From positions 128,001 through 192,000 of the forward strand of contig CAXXMB010000001.1 of NCBI GenBank assembly GCA_963668675.2: 64,000 bases of DNA, in the 5' to 3' direction. Under the pieces are notes generated by a model. The model made no database searches, was not told the origin of the DNA, and saw nothing but the letters and a program-made list of their open reading frames with translations. This document shows, in pieces, positions 39,566 to 49,822 of the stretch (position 1 is its first letter; each line of letters begins with the position of its first letter). The DNA is from an uncultured Desulfatitalea sp. GTDB lineage: Bacteria; Desulfobacterota; Desulfobacteria; Desulfobacterales; Desulfosarcinaceae. A program made the position numbers and the translations under genes.

Positions 39566-39714
39566 ATAAAGGGCGTATGAGAGCTGGAAAGTCCGAAAGT
39601 ATGAAAGTTAAGACGTTTGTTCCATGGGTAGGACTTGAGGGTTCCTTCACTCTTCAATGAAAGAATCGTCGTTTTAGCGGTTTTGAATTCCGGCAGTGCC
39701 GGATTGGGACATTT

Positions 39715-40959
39715 ATGATGAAGAATAGATATCTTTATACGAGCGTCGTTCTTGTTTGCCTCTGCTCGGTGTTGATCTTTTCGGGATCTTCTGAATGTCA
39801 GGTCAACAGCTCTTATATCCTTGGCGTGGCCCTGGGGATGAGCGGCACCGGCGAGCAGTACAGCCGACAGGCCCTTGAAGGAATCAAGCTGGCCGTCAGC
39901 GAGGTCAACGCCAACGGCGGTTTGCTTGGTACCCACACCATCCAATTGGCTGTGCGAGATACCCAGACCCGGCCGGACACCGCCGTCCTGGTCGTTCAAG
40001 ATCTCTTGAAAAGTGAAAAAGTGCGGTGTGTCATCGGCACCTATTCCAGTGCCGCCGCGCTGGCCATCAAACCGTTATTGAGAGAAGCGCGCGTCCTCCA
40101 TATCGCGCCGATCAGCAATTCGGAAGAGATTACATTGAAGGATCCCAGTCCATATACCTTTTCGGTGGTGCCCAATACTTACATGATGGCAAAAGGGGCG
40201 ATTGTGGGTATCGCCGATTTGGCCAAAGGTAAGGGTTGGCGCCGCTACGCCACCATTGCATCGGATTATGAATGGGGAAGATCGAGCCAGGCGTTGCAGG
40301 TCCAACACATGGAGCAGATCGCACCCTGGATCGAACTGGTAGGCGACTATTGGCCCAAACTGGGCCAGACGCGCTTCAACTCATTCATCGTGGATATCCA
40401 GGCGCGCAAGCCCGACTTCGTTCTCTCCTCCATCGCCGGCACCGATAACGGATTCTGGATGAGGGACGCGAGGGACTACAGGTTGTTCAAAGAGTTGGAG
40501 CAACCCGGTGGCCTGGTCAGTGTCACCGAACTGATGGCCCAGGCCAGCTCATTGCGCAGGGGCCTCTATGGCCGCTGCCGCGCCCCATTTTTCGCCCATA
40601 TGGATAACGCCATTATGGCCAGGTTCGTGGACGCATACAAGCTTCGATACGGACGCTATCCCTCGGATTGGGCGGTGATGGGATACGACGCCGTTATGGT
40701 GCTCTCCCAAGGGGCGACCAAAGCGGGTACTACTGAATCAGAGCAGGTAAGCAAAACCATGAAGGGAATGGCGGTTGATACAACCCGAGGCAGGCTTCAA
40801 TTCAGGGAGATCGACAACCAGCTCAGCTGTTCCGTCTACTTCGGTCGGGTGGCCGATGATCCGGCCTATCCGTTTCCCATCTACCACGACCTAATTGAAA
40901 TAAGGGCCCCCCAGAACTGGCGACCGAAGCAGGAGATTCTTGAAAAGATGATCGAGTAG
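39715..40959 (+). CDS. Orphan periplasmic binding protein (Liv/PBP1 type)
   Basis: EVNANGGLLG, IGTYSS, SDYEWG; no adjacent ABC permease. Confidence 0.8.
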   Translation: MMKNRYLYTSVVLVCLCSVLIFSGSSECQVNSSYILGVALGMSGTGEQYSRQALEGIKLAVSEVNANGGLLGTHTIQLAVRDTQTRPDTAVLVVQDLLKSEKVRCVIGTYSSAAALAIKPLLREARVLHIAPISNSEEITLKDPSPYTFSVVPNTYMMAKGAIVGIADLAKGKGWRRYATIASDYEWGRSSQALQVQHMEQIAPWIELVGDYWPKLGQTRFNSFIVDIQARKPDFVLSSIAGTDNGFWMRDARDYRLFKELEQPGGLVSVTELMAQASSLRRGLYGRCRAPFFAHMDNAIMARFVDAYKLRYGRYPSDWAVMGYDAVMVLSQGATKAGTTESEQVSKTMKGMAVDTTRGRLQFREIDNQLSCSVYFGRVADDPAYPFPIYHDLIEIRAPQNWRPKQEILEKMIE

Positions 40960-41053
40960 CCACAGGTTGATAATCGTCCCGCCTGATGCTAACTCAGATC
41001 GCGTATTGCGCCCCACACAATAAGCGTCAGGTATCCTTTTGCCGCTGCTTTGT

Positions 41054-41144
41054 TGTTAACCCGGCAACCATGAACCACAACAAATGTCATTCCGGATCAA
41101 GTCCGGGATGACGGAGGTAGGACTCTTTACTTGTCGGTCTAATA
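41054..41144. mobile_element. Internally deleted, degenerate family B MITE
   Basis: TTAACCCGGCAA...GTCATTCCGGATCAAGTCCGGGATGAC...TTTACTTGTCGGTCTAATA. Confidence 0.65.
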
Positions 41145-41325
41145 ATTCTTGCGTTGACGTTTCCCTGTGGCAAGACGGTCTTGATCTGCATATACGGCTT
41201 TGTTATGAATGCAAAGCTGGCGTTTATCACATTGATTTGAATTACGGCTGTTTATAGAGCTCTTTTTCGGTAAGAAAACGTTGTTCAGCGATGCATTGCA
41301 TTGGTGCGGAGAAGGAGGGGTTGCG

Positions 41326-42093
41326 ATGAGACCGAACAAAGCTTTGGAGGCCTGGCGGTTGGGAAGACAGACCATCGGTGGGTGGCTGAGCATCGGCAAT
41401 GCCTATTCGGCGGAGGTAATGGCCCATCTGGGGTTTGATTGGCTCTGTATCGATATGCAGCACGGCATGATCGGATACCAGGATCTGAAAAGCATGCTTC
41501 CTGCGATTTCGACCACCGGCGTTACCCCCCTGGTGCGGGTGCCCTGGAACGATCCGGCCACGATTATGAAGACCCTGGATGCCGGCGCCTATGGTGTCAT
41601 CGTGCCGATGATCAATGGCCGGGAAGATGTACTCAAGGCGATATCGGCGTGTCGCTATCCGCCTGAGGGGCAGCGATCCTTCGGGCCGATTCGGGCGGCC
41701 CTCTATGGCGGCAAAGGGTATGCGGGCGAGGCGAACTCGCAGATGGCCTGCATCGCCATGATCGAGACCCGTCAGGCGCTGGACAACCTTGAGGAGATCG
41801 TAACGACCCCCGGACTGGACGGCCTCTATATCGGCCCATCCGATTTGGCCCTGGCACTGGGGCTCGCCCCGGCAGGCGATAACAACGATCCAACCCATGT
41901 GGAGACGGTATCCCATATCTTCAACACATGCCGCTCGCATGGCCTTGCGGTGGGGATTCATACCTGGAGTTTGGAATACACCCGAAGATATCTTGATCAG
42001 GGATTTCAATTCGTCACCCTGGGATCCGACAGCGGCTTCATGGCGCGGAAGGCGTCGGCCGAATTGAGAGAGGCCAGAAGCGTGTTGAAATAG
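41326..42093 (+). CDS. HpcH/HpaI aldolase family protein
   Basis: WLCIDMQHG, VRVP, AMIET, YIGPSDLA; AGGAGG RBS. Confidence 0.88.
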   Translation: MRPNKALEAWRLGRQTIGGWLSIGNAYSAEVMAHLGFDWLCIDMQHGMIGYQDLKSMLPAISTTGVTPLVRVPWNDPATIMKTLDAGAYGVIVPMINGREDVLKAISACRYPPEGQRSFGPIRAALYGGKGYAGEANSQMACIAMIETRQALDNLEEIVTTPGLDGLYIGPSDLALALGLAPAGDNNDPTHVETVSHIFNTCRSHGLAVGIHTWSLEYTRRYLDQGFQFVTLGSDSGFMARKASAELREARSVLK

Positions 42094-42142
42094 CAAAGAT
42101 CGCGTCGTTTTTTGTCCATACCAATGGTTCGAGGGAGAATTC

Positions 42143-42880
42143 ATGATTAGAAGAGAAGTGGTTGTCTGTGTTGTCGTATCGATCATTCTGTCCATGTCCA
42201 CCTTTGCGTGCCGGGAGGGTGTGAACGGTGTTCTCAGCCAGGTTGCGAAAGAGCTGCAGAGCAGCCAGGGCCTGGGGCAGGGCGACATCATCGCCGGTTT
42301 GAAAGAGGCGCTTCAGGTGGGGACTCAAAATGCGGTCGATATCACGTCAAAAGTGAACGGCTATTACAGCAATCCGCAGATCAAGATTCCTCTGCCCGAA
42401 AAGGTCCAGGAGGTCAAGGACCTGCTGCGCATGGCCGGCATGGGAGATAAGGTGTCCGCTTTTGAAAAGAGCATGAACAGGGCAGCCGAACGCGCCGCCC
42501 CAGAAGCAAAGGAGCTGTTTGTCGGTGCTATCCGCCAGATGACCTTTTCCGATGCCAAGAAGATCCTCAAGGGGCGTGAGAATGAAGCGACCCTCTACTT
42601 CAAAGAGAAAACCTACGCGCCGCTCTCCCAGCGTTTCGAGCCGCTGGTGCACAGTGCCATGGCAGAGGTGGGAGTGACCCGTTACTACCAGGATCTCGAG
42701 AGAAAGATTCAGTTACTGCCGGTCAAAGGACTGCTCGATTTCGATCTGGATCAATATGTGACCGATAAGGCCTTGGACGGCCTCTTCTACATGTTGGCTG
42801 AGGAGGAGGCCAAGATCCGGAAAGATCCGGCGGCTCGGGTGACGGAGCTGCTCAAAAAGGTATTTGGATCGGCAGATTAG
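42143..42880 (+). CDS. DUF4197 family secreted protein
   Basis: GLKEAL, IKIPLP, MNRAAE, ALDGLFYMLAEEEAKIRKDPAAR. Confidence 0.85.
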   Translation: MIRREVVVCVVVSIILSMSTFACREGVNGVLSQVAKELQSSQGLGQGDIIAGLKEALQVGTQNAVDITSKVNGYYSNPQIKIPLPEKVQEVKDLLRMAGMGDKVSAFEKSMNRAAERAAPEAKELFVGAIRQMTFSDAKKILKGRENEATLYFKEKTYAPLSQRFEPLVHSAMAEVGVTRYYQDLERKIQLLPVKGLLDFDLDQYVTDKALDGLFYMLAEEEAKIRKDPAARVTELLKKVFGSAD

Positions 42881-42940
42881 GAAAGAAAGGCGGTCCGGAC
42901 TGCGGCTTCCCGACGTTCGGATCACCGGTCCACAATGCGG

Positions 42941-43915
42941 TCATACACTGCAAAAGTGCCGCTGGTATTCAGTCGGCAGCAGGCCGGTGTGCTTTTTGAA
43001 AACCTCCCTGAAGTGGCCGCTGTTTTCATACCCCAGTTTATAGCAGATCTCATCGAAGGTGCCGTCGCTGCTCTCCAGCAGTCGCTTGGCCGCTTCCACC
43101 CGTGTGCGCTGCAGGTAATAAAGAGGCGTGTCGCCAGTGGCTTTTTTGAACCGACGCTCAAACGTTCTGCGGCTCATGCCGTGATTTTTGGCCACCCGGT
43201 TGAGGTTGATTTCCCGGGCGTAGTTCTTTTCGATCCATTGCTGAGAGACTTTGATGGTCTCATCGGAATGGTTTTTCTGGAACCGGAAGACCGAGTAAGG
43301 GGCCTGGGAATTGCGGCTCATGTCGTGAAGCAGCGCCTTTGAGCACTGCACAGCAACATTGCGGCCGCAGTACTTCTCCACCAGGTAGATCGATAGATCG
43401 ATGCCTGCCCCTAGCGCTCCGGCACAGTATAAGGTCTTTTCATCGGTGATCAGCCGCTGGGGTTTAAGATGTACGTCTGGGTACATCTGCTCGAACTGAT
43501 CCACGAAACCCCAGTGGGTGGTGGCCGTCTTCCCATCGAGCAGGCCGGTCTCAGCCAGCATAAAGGCACCGGTACAGACGCTGGCGATGCTGGTACCCTT
43601 GCGGTGATGGCGGCGAAGCCAGGCGATCGTTTCCGCGTGGTGCCGGATGGTCCCTTCGATATTGGTGATGCTGGGGATGACGATCAGATCGGTCTCATCA
43701 ACCGCCTCCATGGCGCGGTGGGGGGCGATCTGCACGTTGTTCAGGCATCTGACCGGTTGGCCGTCTGTAGAGACCACCTCGACATCAAAGAAGGGGGTCA
43801 ACGGCATCCCCTGGATGTGGTTCCACAGCTGGCCCGCCTGAAAGAAGACATCCATGGGACCGAGCACCGTGGTGGCGATGGTGTTGCGAATGGCCAGAAT
43901 AGTGATCTTTTTCAT
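42941..43915 (-). CDS. GlxA-type AraC regulator with DJ-1/PfpI domain
   Basis: SVCTGAFMLAETGLLDGKTATTHW, MSRRTFERRFKKATG. Confidence 0.92.
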   Translation of the reverse strand: MKKITILAIRNTIATTVLGPMDVFFQAGQLWNHIQGMPLTPFFDVEVVSTDGQPVRCLNNVQIAPHRAMEAVDETDLIVIPSITNIEGTIRHHAETIAWLRRHHRKGTSIASVCTGAFMLAETGLLDGKTATTHWGFVDQFEQMYPDVHLKPQRLITDEKTLYCAGALGAGIDLSIYLVEKYCGRNVAVQCSKALLHDMSRNSQAPYSVFRFQKNHSDETIKVSQQWIEKNYAREINLNRVAKNHGMSRRTFERRFKKATGDTPLYYLQRTRVEAAKRLLESSDGTFDEICYKLGYENSGHFREVFKKHTGLLPTEYQRHFCSV

Positions 43916-44086
43916 TTTACCCCCTGGATTTCATTCCATTGAGTTGTAGTGATACACACCGTTTGACGCAATCCCGTTGTTAAATGCCGTTTATGTCACT
44001 TTTCACGGCTGTCGTCAAAGCATATGCTTGCGGCATCACATCTATTGCCGAGAGATGACAATCACGGACTGAAAACGGAGGAGGGT

Positions 44087-45223
44087 ATGGCCAGTAAATC
44101 CTACATCGATGCATTCATCCCCATTGGAAAAGAACAGGACAACTGCGTAAATTGTGGTATTTGCCTTCAGAAATGCCCGGTTATGAAGATGGGCAAGGCG
44201 GAGTCCAAGGCTGAAATCAAGCGGCTGCTGAACGGCGAACCGCCCGAGCGTGTTCTTGATGAGTGCACCTTCTGTTTCAGCTGCAATCACTACTGCCCCA
44301 TAGGACTGAAACCTTACGCCCTGATCATGGAGCGCATGACCGCCAAAAACCGGGAGAGCGGAAAGGGCATCCCCGATGCGGTTCATTACATGTGCACCGG
44401 CAAGAACGAGACGGGATATTTTTTCGATCTATACGATGGCGCCCCGGAGGAGGATAAGGCCATTTTGAAGCGCTGGTCCGAGGTGCCTGCCAAGGCGAAG
44501 GACACCCTCTTTATCGGCTGTTTCGGCCGCACGATTCCCCAGACCATCGAGAACTCCAACACCCTGGCAGACCTGGCCAAGTACGCCCCGCGGGATGCCT
44601 GTTGCGGTGAGATTCCCTACCGATTCGGTGATTATGAAACCTTCACCGAAACCGTTGAGCGCACCCTTCCCCAGTTGGAGGCCCTGGATACGGAGCGGCT
44701 GGTCTGCTACTGCGGCTCCTGCGGTAACTACTTTGGAAACGTATGGCCCAATCTGCATGGGGTTATACTGCCATTTGAAGTGATATCCATCTGGGAGTGG
44801 CTGTGGGAGAAGTACCAGGCCGGTGAAATCTCCATCGCACGCAAGTACGAGAAACCGGTGATCATCAACGATTCGTGTTACAGCAGTGAACTGGGCGATG
44901 GTTTCTACGAGGCGGTGCGCGGGTTGCACGAGGCGGCCGGCATGCAGATCGTCGAGTTGCCCAACAACCGCTACGATGCCATCTGCTGCGGTTTTGCCAG
45001 CGGTATCCGTAACAACTACGACCAGTCCCAGGTGGCCAAGGAGTCCAAAAAGCGTGCCGACCAGATCGTCGCTGCCAATGTACCCGATGTGAGCTGCTAC
45101 TGCCCTGGTTGCTATGCCTCCATCTCCAACCACGCCCAGGAGAACGATTTGAAGCTGCACTACTCGATCAATCGCATCCTGTGGGCGTTCGGAGATGAGC
45201 GGCCCGCAAAGAAAAGTGGTTAG
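44087..45223 (+). CDS. Fe-S oxidoreductase with ferredoxin and CCG domains (HdrD/GlcF-related)
   Basis: CVNCGICLQKCP, CTFCFSCNHYCP, ACCG, ICCG, YCPGC. Confidence 0.85.
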   Translation: MASKSYIDAFIPIGKEQDNCVNCGICLQKCPVMKMGKAESKAEIKRLLNGEPPERVLDECTFCFSCNHYCPIGLKPYALIMERMTAKNRESGKGIPDAVHYMCTGKNETGYFFDLYDGAPEEDKAILKRWSEVPAKAKDTLFIGCFGRTIPQTIENSNTLADLAKYAPRDACCGEIPYRFGDYETFTETVERTLPQLEALDTERLVCYCGSCGNYFGNVWPNLHGVILPFEVISIWEWLWEKYQAGEISIARKYEKPVIINDSCYSSELGDGFYEAVRGLHEAAGMQIVELPNNRYDAICCGFASGIRNNYDQSQVAKESKKRADQIVAANVPDVSCYCPGCYASISNHAQENDLKLHYSINRILWAFGDERPAKKSG

Positions 45224-45615
45224 GAAAGCATCGTTTTGTGGAAGAAGATGCAGGCGTTCGGAAACAGAGGATTACCGCGTTGGTCTTCATAACGATGACT
45301 TGTTTGCGTGCCAGTGCAAGATGCTATTGATCGCCGAAGCGGCTCTATCGTATATGGGAAGAAACGGGGGTGAAACTGGTTCACTGAAAACCGACGCCAA
45401 GTGAAAAGTATTTAATTTTCCTAATTGTCATGCATGTAGGAGATGCGAGTGGTTCTCAAAGAGATCGACTCGAACGATGGGGGTCGCCGGACCGTTTTGA
45501 ATCGATAATGGCCAATCTTCCGACCACCTTGCTGGTTTCTTCCTCCGGAGAAGCGGATATGTTTGTCTGATCGGCTTATGGCGATGCTACGCGAGCCGTT
45601 TGGTCAACCGGCAGG

Positions 45616-46980
45616 TCAGATGCCCCCCAGTCGCGGCAGCACCATGGCTGCAAAGCTCAAAACAAAGAAGAAGCCGCACATATCGGTGACCGTGGTCAGC
45701 AACGGGCTAGAGACCAGGGCCGGATCCAGTTTAACGCGTTTGAGAATCAGGGGCAGCATGCCACCCAGGATAACGGAAACCAGGGTATTGGCGGCCAGTG
45801 CACCGCCGACGACCAGGCCGAGCCACGGGTTTCCCTTCCACAAATAGGCTACCCCGCCAAGCAGGATGCCGAGTACGACGCCGTTGATGATGCCAACCCG
45901 AGTCTCCTTGGCCACCACCCACAGCAATTCACCCGGCCGAACCAGCCCCAGAGAGAGTTCGCGCATGGAAACCGCTACCGCCTGATTGCCCGAACAGCCA
46001 CTCATGTCGCTGACCATAGGCAGGAACACCGCCAGCACAATCACAGCGGATAAGGTGTCCTGATAGAGGGCGATCACACTGGCCGCGATAATATTGAGCA
46101 CGATATTCATGCTCAGCCAGGAGAGGCGTCTGCCGGAGCGGGACAACAGCGGCATCGTACGGAATTCCTCGCCGCCGATAATCCCGCTCAATCGCAGAAA
46201 GTTTTTGGTCTTGCGTTTATTGACCGCCTCTTCGATATCTTCTGGCAGGACCACGCCGACCAACCGTTGCTCGATGTCTACGACCGGGACGCCAAAAAGA
46301 GGGTGTTCCTCGAAAAACTCCTCGAGTTGCCTGAGGGGGGTTTGGTCCAGCACACTGAGCGGCGAAGAGATCATGACTCTGCTCAGCCGGCTCTCCTTTG
46401 CCGGAAAAAGCAGGTCGTGCATGCGAAGCACCCCGACCAGTTTTTCCTGCGAATCGGTGATGTAGATATACTGTACATTAAAGTCGGCATATGCCTCTCT
46501 GTTAGTTTGCAGGTCATCGAGGACATCCTGGATCGTGAGGTTGTCGCGATAGGAAAGGAACTCGGAGATCATGAGCCCGCCGGCACAATCCGGCGCGTAC
46601 TCAAGCATCATTTTCGCATCTTCTGCATCTTTGCGATCCATTTTAGCCAGGATGGCCAGACTTGCCGTTTGATCCATCTCCCCCAGAACATCGACGACAC
46701 GATCGCTGGCCATCTCCCCCAAAATTGCCGCTGCCTGATCGGACGGCATCTCCTCTACTATATCGGCGGCCTGGGCATTTGGGATCTCTTCGATGAGATC
46801 GGCGGCATCCTCTGGGCTGAGGAGTCCGAGCAGCCGATTCTGCTCATCGGCGGTTAGCCGGGAAATCGCTCTGGCCCTTTCTGAAGGGCTGAGTGTTTCT
46901 ATGAATCCGGTCGATTCAACGCTGTTTTTCGCAGCGATCAGCTCGCTGAGTGTTTTCCACGGAGGTATTGATTCGCTCAT
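45616..46980 (-). CDS. mgtE: Magnesium transporter MgtE
   Basis: Acidic N domain, AGGLM + CBS pair, RRLSWL, SGNQA, DPALVSSPLLTTVTD. Confidence 0.92.
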   Translation of the reverse strand: MSESIPPWKTLSELIAAKNSVESTGFIETLSPSERARAISRLTADEQNRLLGLLSPEDAADLIEEIPNAQAADIVEEMPSDQAAAILGEMASDRVVDVLGEMDQTASLAILAKMDRKDAEDAKMMLEYAPDCAGGLMISEFLSYRDNLTIQDVLDDLQTNREAYADFNVQYIYITDSQEKLVGVLRMHDLLFPAKESRLSRVMISSPLSVLDQTPLRQLEEFFEEHPLFGVPVVDIEQRLVGVVLPEDIEEAVNKRKTKNFLRLSGIIGGEEFRTMPLLSRSGRRLSWLSMNIVLNIIAASVIALYQDTLSAVIVLAVFLPMVSDMSGCSGNQAVAVSMRELSLGLVRPGELLWVVAKETRVGIINGVVLGILLGGVAYLWKGNPWLGLVVGGALAANTLVSVILGGMLPLILKRVKLDPALVSSPLLTTVTDMCGFFFVLSFAAMVLPRLGGI

Positions 46981-47116
46981 CGGTTCCCTCGTTTTTCAGG
47001 TTGGCGCAATTGGGATGGAATGCGTTTGTAGCAGGACTATAGCTGCACTCCCGGATCACCTTTAATGTTGCCTTCAAAGTTGACAGTTGGCAATGAAACA
47101 TATGCTTTCAATGTGT

Positions 47117-47264
47117 TATTAACCCGGCAATTAATAACCACAGCAATCGTCATTCCAGCAGAGGCCGGGCACGAAGTGAAGCCTTGGCGCTATCCAGACC
47201 GTTACTGGATCCCGGATCAAGTCCGGGGTGACAAAGGTTGGACAATTTAATTGCCGGTTTAATA
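47117..47264. mobile_element. MITE family B, full-length copy between divergent mgtE and pyk
   Basis: TA-TTAACCCGGCAATTAA...TTAATTGCCGGTTTAA-TA, colinear with 14290-14437. Confidence 0.8.
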
Positions 47265-47466
47265 AAATGATCGTGCATGGCGACGCAAGATCATTCGGCT
47301 GTCATTCTGGCGGGTGTCTATGTAAAAGAGCTGCCGTACCGCCGGAACCGGCCGTTTCCAACCTGGTGCTAAAGGTTGCTTTTGTATAGGGCGAAGGATA
47401 GTAAGACACTATGAGTTAATAAGTTTTAGGTATCGTCGTGCTATTCAATAAGGAAACGCTAAACTG

Positions 47467-48909
47467 ATGAAAACACCTATTATGGTATCACCGCGACAGG
47501 TCAAAAAGACTAAAATTATCGCCACGATTTCAAACAATCGTTGTTCGCCCGAGTTCCTGGCCTCACTGCATGCGGCCGGAATGGATACGGTGCGGTTGAA
47601 CACGGCCCACCAGACCATCGAGGAGGCCATGACGGTGGTCCGTAACGTGCGGGAGGCCTCCCACCGTATCGCCATCATGGTGGACACCAAAGGACCCGAA
47701 ATCCGCACCACTCCGGTCAGCGAAGAGATCGAGGTGAAAACCGGCGATACGATATGCGTACGGGGCGCCAGGAATGAATTGTCGTGCCGAGACTGCATCT
47801 GTGTGAACTATGACGGGCTGGTCAACGATCTCTCTGTGAACGACCGGCTTCTGATCGACGACGGCGATGTGGAACTGCAGGTCACTTCCAAGGAACAGGA
47901 TCGGGTGAAGTGCCAGGTCTTAAACGACGGCTGGATCAAGGGGCGCAAGGGCGTCAACATTCCCTCCGTATCGATCAATCTGCCGGCGCTGACCTCCAAG
48001 GATGAGGAGTTCGTACGCTTCGCCGCCGACAACGATATTGATTTTATTGCCCACTCGTTTGTGCGCAACAAAGAGGATGTGCTGGCGGTTCAAAAGGTAC
48101 TCGATGAGAAGGGAAGCCCTGTCAAGATCATCGCCAAAATAGAGAACCAGCAGGGTGTCGACCATATCGACGAGATCCTCGACCACGCCTATGCGGTAAT
48201 GGTCGCGCGCGGCGACTTGGCCATCGAGATCCCCTCAGAGAGGATTCCCCTGCTTCAGAAGCGACTGGTGAAAAAATGCATGGAGCGGCGCAAACCGGTC
48301 ATCATAGCGACTCAAATGCTGCAGTCGATGATCCACTCCCCGCGGCCGACCCGGGCCGAGATATCGGATGTGGGCAACGCCTGCCTGGACGGTACCGACG
48401 CCATCATGCTCTCGGGTGAAACCGCCCAGGGCAAGTACCCTTTGGAAGCCGTGAAGGTGATGACCCGTGTGGCGCTCGAGATTGAGGCTGGGTACGACAC
48501 CTTCAACAACATCCCCTACGAGGCGGACAACAACGTCACCAGCTATCTCTCCAAGGCGGCGGTCAAAGCCTCCATGCGTCTGCAAACAAAAGCGCTGGTG
48601 GCCGACACCATCACCGGACGAACGATTCTGAGTCTGGCAGCTTACCGCGGCAAGAACCCAATATTTGCCCAGTGCTACAGCAGGCGAACCGTACGGCAGC
48701 TGGCGCTATCATACGGCGTAGTGGCGCATTACATCCCGCGGGAGCTAAAGTCGCATGAGTTCCTGAAGAAAGCCCTGACACGCCTGGTGAAGGAGAACTA
48801 CTTCTCTAAAGAGAGCCTGATAACGGTCCTGGCCGGCCACTTCGGCTCCGAACACGGCGCCTCCTACATCGAGATCAGTACGGCTGAGAATATGCTGAAA
48901 AGGCAATAA
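47467..48909 (+). CDS. pyk: Pyruvate kinase
   Basis: TKIIATI, DTKGPEIRT, IIAKIEN, MVARGDL, ATQML, DAIMLSGETA. Confidence 0.96.
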   Translation: MKTPIMVSPRQVKKTKIIATISNNRCSPEFLASLHAAGMDTVRLNTAHQTIEEAMTVVRNVREASHRIAIMVDTKGPEIRTTPVSEEIEVKTGDTICVRGARNELSCRDCICVNYDGLVNDLSVNDRLLIDDGDVELQVTSKEQDRVKCQVLNDGWIKGRKGVNIPSVSINLPALTSKDEEFVRFAADNDIDFIAHSFVRNKEDVLAVQKVLDEKGSPVKIIAKIENQQGVDHIDEILDHAYAVMVARGDLAIEIPSERIPLLQKRLVKKCMERRKPVIIATQMLQSMIHSPRPTRAEISDVGNACLDGTDAIMLSGETAQGKYPLEAVKVMTRVALEIEAGYDTFNNIPYEADNNVTSYLSKAAVKASMRLQTKALVADTITGRTILSLAAYRGKNPIFAQCYSRRTVRQLALSYGVVAHYIPRELKSHEFLKKALTRLVKENYFSKESLITVLAGHFGSEHGASYIEISTAENMLKRQ

Positions 48910-48928
48910 AAGGGGCTTGCTTGGACCT

Positions 48929-49822
48929 TTAGCGGCCTATTCTATCTGGATCCCTTGGCCGAACATCCACCATGACCGAAAGGTTGTGTACGCCGCCACC
49001 CATCACCACACCTTTGACCGGCGTGACATCGCCGTAGTCGCGTCCCCATGCCAGGGTGATATGCTTGGTATTCGGTATCAGATTGTTCGTAGGGTCCAAG
49101 TCGACCCAGCCCGTATCGGGGACGTACACGGAAAGCCAGGCGTGGGAGGCGTCGGCGCCGATGAGTCTGGGTTTGCCCGGTGGCGGCGCCGTCTCCAGGT
49201 AGCCGCTCACATACCGGGCAGCCAGCCCCAAACTTCTCATGCAACTGACGGCCAGATGGGCAAAGTCCTGACAGACGCCTTTACGGGCCGCCAGCACCTG
49301 CTCAACAGTTGTATCGATCGAGGTGGCTTCTTTATCATATTTGAATTCCGAGAAAATACGTCCGATCAGGTCGACCGCACCGGCCAATAGAGGCATCCCC
49401 GCAGGAAAGGAGTGCCGCGCATATGATGCGGCGTCGGCGGGAATCGAAACCAGGGGGCTTTCAAAAACAAACTGGTACGCCCCCAGTTCCTCTGTTTGTT
49501 GATGTGAGGCCAACCTTTGAACGACCGATTCCCAGGCGGGTGTGGATTCAGCCACAGGCGCAATCTGGCCCGTTGTCTCCACCACGCTGTTGGACGTCAC
49601 TGTCAGTTCGGTGTGGGGTTCTTGTACCATGAAGAGGTGGGAGATGTTTCCGAAGAAATCGGTCCGCTCATGCAAATACTCTGGTGGCGGGTTGATCTCC
49701 ATACGGCTTTCCATAACTCGCTGGGAGGGCGTTTCGCGAGGCTGAAGGAACAGCTCATTCTGAGAGAGAGATGCCGGCTCCGAATATCGGAATGCCGTTT
49801 TATGAATAATTTGGTATCTCAT
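48929..49822 (-). CDS. Transglutaminase family protein with bacterial N-terminal domain
   Basis: GVCQDFAH, ARYVSGYL, SHAW, DPTN, GRDYGDV. Confidence 0.92.
   Translation of the reverse strand: MRYQIIHKTAFRYSEPASLSQNELFLQPRETPSQRVMESRMEINPPPEYLHERTDFFGNISHLFMVQEPHTELTVTSNSVVETTGQIAPVAESTPAWESVVQRLASHQQTEELGAYQFVFESPLVSIPADAASYARHSFPAGMPLLAGAVDLIGRIFSEFKYDKEATSIDTTVEQVLAARKGVCQDFAHLAVSCMRSLGLAARYVSGYLETAPPPGKPRLIGADASHAWLSVYVPDTGWVDLDPTNNLIPNTKHITLAWGRDYGDVTPVKGVVMGGGVHNLSVMVDVRPRDPDRIGR

Noticed and set aside
46981..47116. Magnesium (M-box) riboswitch upstream of mgtE
   Set aside because: No recognisable conserved motif; nearby structure is explained by the MITE
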